Assembly (NCBI GenBank): GCA_003641465.1
Contig: QNAJ01000001.1
Span: forward strand, 1 to 29,568
Reading direction: 5' to 3'
Length of the DNA stretch: 29,568 bases
From: Verrucomicrobiota bacterium
Lineage (GTDB): Bacteria; Verrucomicrobiota; Kiritimatiellia; B70-G9
The translations under genes were made by a program, and so were the position numbers. The notes below the pieces were generated by a model. It searched no databases. It was not told the origin of the DNA and saw nothing but the letters and a program-made list of their open reading frames with translations. How positions within the stretch are numbered: position 1 is the stretch's first letter; each line of letters starts with the position of its first letter. Shown here piece by piece: positions 7,270-14,810 of this stretch.

Positions 7270-9012
7270 TCAGAGGTAATCTTCACGTTGCAGCCGGTCG
7301 AGGAAATCATCCGGTTTGACCAGCGGCGGAGGTGTGTAAGGCGGTGCTTCTTCAGCCATCTTGTCCAACTTCTCCCGCTTGATCCAGAAGGCCGGCTCCT
7401 GCTCGGCCAGTGCGATCGCTTTGGCATGACGCACAATCCGGTCCAGTTCTGCCACCAGGGCGGTAAAGTAAATTCCACTCAGCGGAGTGATTTCCTTTCC
7501 CGCCAGCCGTTCGGTCACCGACATCCTGGCGGCAATGCTGGCTTTCATATACAGGTCTCTTTCTTCCAGAATCCGGCGGGCGACTTCCTGGAAGTCGGCG
7601 CAGCCCGGGTCCAGGGACTCAATGACCAGTCGGCATACCTTGACCGCCTGCTCATACAACTCGAATGCCCGGTCGAGACTTTTCCGGTCAAAGGCGGCCA
7701 ACGGATGGCGTTTCTGGTCAATAAGAATAGCTGCGACCGACTTTACGTGATCGCCGATGCGCTCTACATCGTCAACGCACCGTGACAGATGTTGGAGCAG
7801 GATTGCCTGGCGGCGGGAAAGCTTCCGGCCCGTCACTCGGGTGAGGTAGTCACGCAGGAGCCTTTTGACTTCGTTGACTATCTGCTCGTTGGCTTCGATT
7901 ACCCGGACCGAACGGCGATTAATACGGAAAAACAGCTCGGCACAAAGGGCGAAACTGCGCATGCATACTTTCATTACGCGCTGCAATTCGCGCAGAACCG
8001 CGCAGATGGCCTTTTCCGGATAGGGGATCAACTCCTCCTCCAGGTAGGAAGGCTCCGGCGGGGCGCGGCGACTGGGCACCACCAGCGTGACCAGACGGGC
8101 AAAATGACGATACAAAGGTAGAACAATCGCGGAGGCCAACACCATCACAATGGTATGCAGGTTGGCGGTCTGATGGGTCAGGTCATGCGAGGTGAGGGGG
8201 ATGAGATGCAACAGGAGGGGCGAAGCAATTATCGCCATAGCCACATTGAAAACATTGAAGAGCAGGTGGGCCACCGCCGCACGCCGGGCTTCGATATGGG
8301 TGCCGATACTCCCCAGCAGCGCGGTCGCACAGGTCCCGATATGAGCGCCCAGCACCAGAGGATAAACTTGAGCAAGATGAGTAAATACGCCGGCCTGGAT
8401 CAGTGCGAAGCACATCCCGATGGTCGCCCCACTGCTCTGAATGATCCCGGTCACCGTAAGGCTCACCAGCACCCCAAGCAGCATACCCGGCAGTGTGGAG
8501 CCGTCCACCCGGGTGAGAAGAGGCGCCAGCGCCTCCCGGTGCGGCTTCACCGCTCCGCTCATCACATTCATTCCCAGGAACAGGAAACCGAAGCCTATCA
8601 GGGCCTGCCCGAGATGCCGCAGCCGCCCCCGGCAGACCAACTTCACCAGAAATCCCGATGCAATGGCGAAATAGCAATACTTGCCCAGCTTGAAGGAAAT
8701 CATCTGCATCGAAAGAGATGTGCCGATATTGGCTCCCAGGATCGGAGGCACCGACTCTATCAGGGTCATCAGGCCGGCATTGATGAAGCCGACGATCATC
8801 ACTGTCGTGGCACTGCTTTGGATGAGGAATCCGATAAAAGTCCCCAAGCCGATGCCCAGCAGAGGGTTGTCGGTAGCCCTCGCCAGAATGGTCCGCAATC
8901 GCCGTCCGGCCACCCGGCGCAGGCCCTCGCTCATGATATTCATTCCGAATATGAACAGAGCCAATCCGCCCAAAACTTCGAAAATCAGCAGTACTATGTC
9001 ACCCGCACTCAT
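7270..9012 (-). CDS. Na/Pi cotransporter family protein (NptA/YjbB-like) with PhoU-like C-terminal domains
   Basis: GGLALFIFGM..MSEGL; two repeats IQSSATT..GANIGT and IQSSGAT..GAHIGT; DVERIGDH in the PhoU region; GAAGGA SD. Confidence 0.9.
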   Translation of the reverse strand: MSAGDIVLLIFEVLGGLALFIFGMNIMSEGLRRVAGRRLRTILARATDNPLLGIGLGTFIGFLIQSSATTVMIVGFINAGLMTLIESVPPILGANIGTSLSMQMISFKLGKYCYFAIASGFLVKLVCRGRLRHLGQALIGFGFLFLGMNVMSGAVKPHREALAPLLTRVDGSTLPGMLLGVLVSLTVTGIIQSSGATIGMCFALIQAGVFTHLAQVYPLVLGAHIGTCATALLGSIGTHIEARRAAVAHLLFNVFNVAMAIIASPLLLHLIPLTSHDLTHQTANLHTIVMVLASAIVLPLYRHFARLVTLVVPSRRAPPEPSYLEEELIPYPEKAICAVLRELQRVMKVCMRSFALCAELFFRINRRSVRVIEANEQIVNEVKRLLRDYLTRVTGRKLSRRQAILLQHLSRCVDDVERIGDHVKSVAAILIDQKRHPLAAFDRKSLDRAFELYEQAVKVCRLVIESLDPGCADFQEVARRILEERDLYMKASIAARMSVTERLAGKEITPLSGIYFTALVAELDRIVRHAKAIALAEQEPAFWIKREKLDKMAEEAPPYTPPPLVKPDDFLDRLQREDYL

Positions 9013-9025
9013 CCGATTCCTTCAG

Positions 9026-10750
9026 TTACAGGTATTCCTCAAGCTGCAGGCGGCGGAGATAATCCTCCGCTTCGATCAGTTCCTTCACCTTGACCATCGG
9101 CAATGGCTCCGAAACCCGTGCCAGCTTGGATTCCTTTATCCAGAACTGCGGCTGCTGCTCAGCGAGTGCGATCACCTTGGCATGCTTCACCAGCCGGTCA
9201 AAGGTCGAAAGATACGCCGTAAGATAGATACCCGCACAGGGCGGAAAGCGCCCCGACACCAGTCGCTCAGTGAATTCCCGTTTGGCCTGCACACTTCTTC
9301 TCATGTACGCATCGCGTGCTTCCAGGATGCGGCGGGCGGCCTCTTGATGATCCTTCAACTCCGGCCTGAGGGATTCCACTACCCGGTCCACTACCTCCCG
9401 CGCCGCCACGTAAACACGGTAGAGGATTCCAAAAGTCTCTTCGTCCACGATGGTCTCCGGCTTCCGGAATCGAATCAGTGAAATCTCGCTGATGTCGGCT
9501 ACGTGATCTCCGATCCGCTCCAGATCCACCATACAGCGGTTCAGATGCTGGACCAGGATCGCCTGGCGCCGCGAAAGCTGCCGCAATGATATCTGAGCGA
9601 TATAGTCCCGCATCGCGTCCTTGATCTCATCCACCACATCCTCGTTCAGCCGTACCCGGCGCACTTTACGTGCATCCTCTTTCAGCATTATCTCCCCTGC
9701 CAGATACATGCTTTGACGACAGATACCCGCCACACGATGCAGCTCCCGGAGCACTGACCGCAGTGCCTCCTCCGGCCGATTGATCAACTGATAGTCCAGA
9801 TAACTGCCGTCGGAAGGTTGCTCATCCGGAGCGATCATACGGCGGAGCAAAGCCGTAATCCCGCCTCTCAACACCAGGGTCAACAGCGTCCCCGCAGCCA
9901 CACTTCCCAGATAAAGCAGGGCCGCCGCGCGCCCCGCATCGGCTACCGCGCCGATCACCCATCGGCCGGCCACAACCGCCGCCGCTGAAGAAACCAACGC
10001 CAGGATCAGCGGGATCGCGACAGCCCTTCGCGTCTCGATTTCGGTATCACGTGCCTGTCTCAGGACAAGACAGCCCGCCCCCAACTGAGCCCCGACAACA
10101 GCCGCAACCACTGCGCCGGGGCCCATCACACCGGCATGCGCCGCCCCGATGACCACCGCCAGCGGTGGGGCGGCACTCCCCGTTGACGCCGCCAACAGAA
10201 AAGCCCCTGCCAGAACCCCGGCCCATCCCGGCCACCCGCTTGTGAACGTACTGAACAGCCATGAAACCGTCTCCACATGTGCGCCGAGAGACCGGGCGAT
10301 GGCGTCAATTCCCAGAAAAAGCAGGCCGACGGCCATTATCCCGCCCCCGATCCGCCGCATGCGCCCGGCGGCCGCCATACGGATGGCAAATCCCACCGCA
10401 ATGGCGATGAAAAAATAGGGGCTGAGTTTGAGCGAAAGCACCACGACCCCCACGGCGCTCCCCACTGCGAGCCCACACCACAAGGCCAGCGAGTCTTCCA
10501 GCGCCACCAGACGCGCGTTAAGGAAGGAAATCAGCAGCAGCCCCGCCGCGCGCGACTGCATTAGAATCCCCCCCACCATCCCCAAAAGGAACCGGCCCGC
10601 TGTCCGGCTCCGGGTACGGATCGCCTGCTTGCGGAAGTAAGCCCCCACCGCCTCACGCATCTCGGCGGCAAGCAAGTCCAGTGCAAATATGAAAAGGGCG
10701 AGCCCCCCGGCAAATCCGGACAACAGGAAAAACATATCTCCGGCACTCAT
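9026..10750 (-). CDS. Na/Pi cotransporter family paralogue with degenerate transport motifs
   Basis: Collinear with 7270..9012 (MSAGD..., GGLALFIF, DLERIGDH, FWIK..EEYL), but QSS motifs read MQSRAAG and STGSAAP; full-length ORF. Confidence 0.85.
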   Translation of the reverse strand: MSAGDMFFLLSGFAGGLALFIFALDLLAAEMREAVGAYFRKQAIRTRSRTAGRFLLGMVGGILMQSRAAGLLLISFLNARLVALEDSLALWCGLAVGSAVGVVVLSLKLSPYFFIAIAVGFAIRMAAAGRMRRIGGGIMAVGLLFLGIDAIARSLGAHVETVSWLFSTFTSGWPGWAGVLAGAFLLAASTGSAAPPLAVVIGAAHAGVMGPGAVVAAVVGAQLGAGCLVLRQARDTEIETRRAVAIPLILALVSSAAAVVAGRWVIGAVADAGRAAALLYLGSVAAGTLLTLVLRGGITALLRRMIAPDEQPSDGSYLDYQLINRPEEALRSVLRELHRVAGICRQSMYLAGEIMLKEDARKVRRVRLNEDVVDEIKDAMRDYIAQISLRQLSRRQAILVQHLNRCMVDLERIGDHVADISEISLIRFRKPETIVDEETFGILYRVYVAAREVVDRVVESLRPELKDHQEAARRILEARDAYMRRSVQAKREFTERLVSGRFPPCAGIYLTAYLSTFDRLVKHAKVIALAEQQPQFWIKESKLARVSEPLPMVKVKELIEAEDYLRRLQLEEYL

Positions 10751-10830
10751 GGTCTCGGACTACCCCTCACGGCTTCTGGCGTGGGGCACGAACAATTATC
10801 CCCTACCGGCTGCTGTGGTGCGAGCCAAAA

Positions 10831-12066
10831 GCTCTCGCCCAAGTCGCCCAGCACGCAAAGGCGGAATTGGTTAATGGTTAGTCGTTATTGGGTTATTGGA
10901 GAATGTCTACGTGGTCTCAGGTCTGCCGGACGCGGTATGAAAAAAAACTCTTGGCCTAATGGCGCACAGATCGGAGGTCGGGGGGGACGGAGGTCGCAGA
11001 AGCGATAAAGTTGCTGGGTTGTTATGTTGCTGGTTGTTGGGAGGCATGAAGTAGTTGGAGCAGCATTCTCTCTTGTCCCAGGAAGAAAGGGGCTCTCGCA
11101 AGGAGCACAAAGCACGCGGAGGGGGGTTGGTTAATGGTTGATATTGGGTTACTGGAGAGTGTGTAGGCGCTATCAGGCCGCGCGTGCGCGGAATGACTTC
11201 CACCCCCTCTCCCCTGCCGTTGCCTGACCGCACAACGGCCACTACATGCCGCCGGCGCCGGGACAAGTGCCCCATCAACGAACAACCATCAACCAAAGTG
11301 TAGTAGCCGCTCTTGGCTTGCCCGGCATTCCACGGGGCGCTTGTCCCGCCTTCAGCGGGATCAAAACGATCCTCTCGCAAAGAGCGCCAAGGACGCGAAG
11401 GGATGCGACTGAGGTCGGGGGCGGAGATCAGATGAGGGTTGGTAGTTGTTAGGTTGTTAGGTTGTTAGGTTGCTCGGTAACGCACAGGAAGAATGGCAAG
11501 AATCCCTCCCAACAGCCAGCAACCATTAACCAGCCCATCCCCTTGGCGCGCTTGGCGGGTGTTGTCCCACCTTGGGCGGGTACTTCCCGCGCCGCCCTTG
11601 CGCTGAGATTTACTCCTCCTCCCCCTCATTTCAGACTTTTAAAAGTCTGAAATCAGCTCCGCTGAATAGAGGTGTCCGCACTAGGCCTGCCCCGACGGTT
11701 CAGTCCTCATCCGGCGCTTCCCCCGTAGTCAGCACAATAGGAAATCTATCGCCAAGCTCGCCAAGGAAGCAGTTTGGATGAGAGAGGGGGCTCGCAAGGA
11801 CCCAGAGCACGCAAGGAGAGAATGGCAAAAAGAGGGTCTTCCGATTCCCAACAACCAGCAACCATGAACCGCTATCTCCCCGACCTCCGACCTCTGACCA
11901 ACCGACTTCCGCCCATCCCTCCCCTTTCCCAACAACCATCATCTCAATAACCATGAACCAACCTGCGCCGGAAGTCTGCGGAACCACCACGACGCCCGAA
12001 GGGACCCCTCAACAACCCAACAACCGACAACCTGACAACTCACAATCCGGCAACCCGGCATCCGAT
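10831..12066. repeat. non-coding mosaic of several short interspersed repeat families (REP/BIME-like)
   Basis: Five 25-bp CTCTCGCMAAG..ACGC copies; TGGTTRW heptamer runs on both strands; GGAGGTC heptamers; (GTTGTTAG)x3 at 11445-11468; inverted pairs 11026-11042/11846-11862 and 11259-11273/11334-11348; no credible ORF. Confidence 0.85.
11628..11653. repeat. perfect 26-bp palindrome
   Basis: ATTTCAGACTTTT|AAAAGTCTGAAAT, self-complementary with no spacer. Confidence 0.97.
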
Positions 12067-12094
12067 CATAATCACTAATCAAGGGCTGATCCGG
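12067..12094. repeat. direct repeat, left copy
   Basis: CATAATCACTAATCAAGG-GCTGATCCGG; first 18 bp identical to 14783-14800, 25/28 overall. Confidence 0.92.
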
Positions 12095-12108
12095 TAATTC
12101 CCATGGCG

Positions 12109-12114
12109 TAGAAT
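12109..12114 (+). promoter_or_regulatory. -10 element of a probable leaderless promoter
   Basis: TAGAAT 6 nt before ATG 12121; no SD; weak -35 CTGATC (12086-12091) at 17-bp spacing. Confidence 0.5.
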
Positions 12115-12120
12115 GAAAAT

Positions 12121-14619
12121 ATGAGGTGGCGGCCTGTCAGTATGATTGCCGTCGCTGCATGGCTGACTGCCGCATACGTCACGCCAGCCGCCGACCTCTA
12201 CGTAAACGCGGCCACCGGCAGCGATACCAACTCCGGAACCTCCCCCCAAACGCCGCTGCGGACCATTCAACGGGCCGCCGATCTCGCCAGCCCGGGTACC
12301 GTCATCCATATTGCCCCCGGTATCTACCGCGAAAGCATCACGCCCCCCAGCGGGGCGCCGGGATCGCCGATCGTATTCTGCGGCGAGGGTACCGGGCAGG
12401 AGGTCATCGTCTCCGGAGCAGTTCCCTCCGCGGATCTGGCCTGGACCCGCCTGCTTTCCAACTCCATCGGATTGCCCGCCGATGTGGATCCCACTAACGT
12501 GTTCTGGGCCGATATTTCCGCCTGGAGTTCCCCGCCCGAGTTCCTGGTGCTCGAGGACGGGACCAACCGCCTGCATCTTCCGAAGGCCCGGGAGCCCGAC
12601 TGGGAGGTGACCACCGAATGGAAATATCACGAAAACTGGTGGCTGGCGGAAAGCGGCGACAGCAACTACCTCCGGGACACGTCCAACGATCCCACCGGCC
12701 AGTATACGGATGTTCAAAGCGGACACCTGGGCTGGATCAACGGGTTGACCAACTCCTTCCTGACCGGAGCGGTCCTCTTCGCCACCGATGGGCTGGAAGG
12801 TCATTACACCTATCGCCGCATCATTTCCGGGCACTGGGCGGAGTCAGGGACCGTCAGGGTGGCCTCACCGGTAAGCTTCGACGACACGCTGCCCGGATTC
12901 GGAAGCAATACCAAATACTTTGTGGAAGGCCTCCCGCAGTTGCTGGATCTCCCCGGGGAGTGGTGCGTGCTGACGGACGCGCATCGGCTCTATCTCTGGC
13001 CTCCCGATGGAGACGATCCGGGCACCCTGTCACTCGAGATACCCCGGCGTACGGTGGGATTCGAATTGAGCGACTGCGCCCATGTCCATCTGCAGAACCT
13101 TGTCATCCAGGATATCAACGACGCGAATGCAGGCTATACCGGTCAAGATGGCGCGGTGAGACTGGAAAACAACTCTTCCAGCACCGATCTGCTCCTGGAC
13201 AGGGTGGTGATCCGTGACTGCGGCGTAGGTCTGCGTATCTCCGGTGACGGCTCCGCCGGGGTGATCAGCAACCTGATCATCCGCAACTGCCACATCGGTC
13301 CGTGTGAAGGTCTGGGCCTGATCAGCCTCTACTGGCCGACGGGACCCACTAACCCGGCGGGCATCCGCGGTGTGACCATCCAGAGCAACGAGTTCCATTA
13401 CCTCGGATTCCGCCCACGCATTGATATGGGCATCGGTATCCTCATCGAATCCCCGCACCAACTGCTCTTTCAGGGCAATCACGTTCACCACGTCATGCAG
13501 AACGGCATGCAGCTTGACGGCGGTTACGATACCTGCAGCCTGATCTACGGCAACATCTTCGAGTATTGCTGTCAGGGAGCCGCCGACTGCGCCGGGCTGA
13601 AAATCTGGGCCGACGGATCCTGCGTCCGCAACCTGCTCGTCATGCGCAATGTATTCCGCCATAACTACGGCTGGACATGGGCGGCTCAGCAGATCAACTG
13701 GTGGGATACCTCGCGGGGCCGACTGGCTGGGTTCGGCGCATACTGCGACATTGTCAGCAGTGACGCACCATCAACGAACGCGGTAGTACTCTTCCGAAAC
13801 GAGTCGTACGATAACGGGAATGCCGGCTTCTACCTGAACCGGTCCCGCCGGATCGTCCTCTGGAATAATACCTGCCTCCGCAACCCGCGGGGCATCGTCC
13901 TGGCGGACGAGTTCAGCAGCGCAATGAATGAAGGCAACCAGGCGCTCAACAATCTGTTTGTCCTGGAATGCACCAACTGGTCCGCCCCGCTGCCGGACAG
14001 CGGAATAACCATCCACCAGGACCCGGCAGCCGCGGGCATAGTGACCTGCGACTTCAATCTTTATCGCTGCCGCGGATACAGTGCGGCCATGGTGCACTAC
14101 ACCAATGCGGACTGGGAGTACGCTGTGTACGAGGACACCGCCGCAATCCGATCCGCCTCCCCATGGGAAGACCACGGCACCGACGCAGCGTCCAATGAAA
14201 GCGTGGTGGTGGATGAATTCATCCCCGACTGCAATCTCCCGCTGAACAGCGCGGCGGTGGATGCCGGAACCCGCATTTCTTCTGCGGTAACCGGACTGAT
14301 CGCCCGTCTGGAGCAATCCCTGGGCATCGAAATATCCGACGATCCTTCGTGGGGAACCAACCGTGACAGCGGCGCACACGAATGCATTCCCACCCCCTTC
14401 GCCATTACCAACATCGCCGAATACGACGGCCGTTTCTCCCTGGTTTGGACCAGTGTCTACGGGGCGCTCTACAACGTGGAAAGCTCTACTGATCCGGCCA
14501 CGGATGGTTGGACACTGCAGGAGCAGGTTCCCTCGGATGGCTACTCCACCGGCTGGACATCGCCTCCTGCCGCATTACCGGTCCATATCTTCCGCGTCCG
14601 GCTTGAAGGTCCCGAATAA
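12121..14619 (+). CDS. secreted right-handed beta-helix protein (DUF1565 N-terminus, GH141-like), probable polysaccharide-active enzyme, 832 aa
   Basis: Signal peptide; LYVNAATGSDTNSGT...PLRTIQRAAD..PG..I.IAPGIYRE; YFVEGLPQLLDLPGEW; stacked I.N..I/N..N repeats; choice-of-anchor-Q-like SAAVDAG...RDSGAHE; ~70-aa C-terminal beta domain. Confidence 0.85.
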   Translation: MRWRPVSMIAVAAWLTAAYVTPAADLYVNAATGSDTNSGTSPQTPLRTIQRAADLASPGTVIHIAPGIYRESITPPSGAPGSPIVFCGEGTGQEVIVSGAVPSADLAWTRLLSNSIGLPADVDPTNVFWADISAWSSPPEFLVLEDGTNRLHLPKAREPDWEVTTEWKYHENWWLAESGDSNYLRDTSNDPTGQYTDVQSGHLGWINGLTNSFLTGAVLFATDGLEGHYTYRRIISGHWAESGTVRVASPVSFDDTLPGFGSNTKYFVEGLPQLLDLPGEWCVLTDAHRLYLWPPDGDDPGTLSLEIPRRTVGFELSDCAHVHLQNLVIQDINDANAGYTGQDGAVRLENNSSSTDLLLDRVVIRDCGVGLRISGDGSAGVISNLIIRNCHIGPCEGLGLISLYWPTGPTNPAGIRGVTIQSNEFHYLGFRPRIDMGIGILIESPHQLLFQGNHVHHVMQNGMQLDGGYDTCSLIYGNIFEYCCQGAADCAGLKIWADGSCVRNLLVMRNVFRHNYGWTWAAQQINWWDTSRGRLAGFGAYCDIVSSDAPSTNAVVLFRNESYDNGNAGFYLNRSRRIVLWNNTCLRNPRGIVLADEFSSAMNEGNQALNNLFVLECTNWSAPLPDSGITIHQDPAAAGIVTCDFNLYRCRGYSAAMVHYTNADWEYAVYEDTAAIRSASPWEDHGTDAASNESVVVDEFIPDCNLPLNSAAVDAGTRISSAVTGLIARLEQSLGIEISDDPSWGTNRDSGAHECIPTPFAITNIAEYDGRFSLVWTSVYGALYNVESSTDPATDGWTLQEQVPSDGYSTGWTSPPAALPVHIFRVRLEGPE

Positions 14620-14782
14620 TCAACACTGCCGATCATGTAGATCGTCCATACCACCTGCAGGCTGACCGGAGGTTTGAATTCCGCAAACTGGATATCGCCC
14701 GTCCATCCATCCGTGGCCGCCGCAAGGTATGAAGGTTCTTCCCCTCCGCTCACAATGAACCGCCCAGCACGTAGCAAGCTGC
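14620..14782 (-). pseudogene. possible orphan gene fragment
   Basis: One minus-strand frame reads GSLLRAGRFIVSGGEEPSYLAAATDGWTGDIQFAEFKPPVSLQVVWTIYMIGSVD with G/C-ending codons; no convincing start; runs antisense into the upstream gene. Confidence 0.3.
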
Positions 14783-14810
14783 CATAATCACTAATCAAGG
14801 CCTGACCCCG
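14783..14810. repeat. direct repeat, right copy, overlapping the GH3 stop codon
   Basis: CATAATCACTAATCAAGG-CCTGACCCCG; contains the TAG of 14791..16410. Confidence 0.92.

Noticed and set aside
10907-11990. ORFs 10907..11380, 11022..11285 and 11700..11990
   Set aside because: They are translations of the repeat motifs, with low complexity, no SD and no domain signal
11445-12041. Integron attC sites (GTTAGGT and ACCCAAC match the core consensus)
   Set aside because: The order is reversed relative to attC (RYYYAAC must precede GTTRRRY), the matches arise from octamer tandem repeats, and no intI is present
10831-12066. CRISPR array
   Set aside because: Repeats are degenerate, occur in both orientations and have irregular spacing far from 30-40-bp spacers; no cas genes
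14777-14804. dif/Xer site (CATAAT resemblance)
   Set aside because: Only about half of the XerC arm matches and there is no TTATGTTAAAT-like XerD arm
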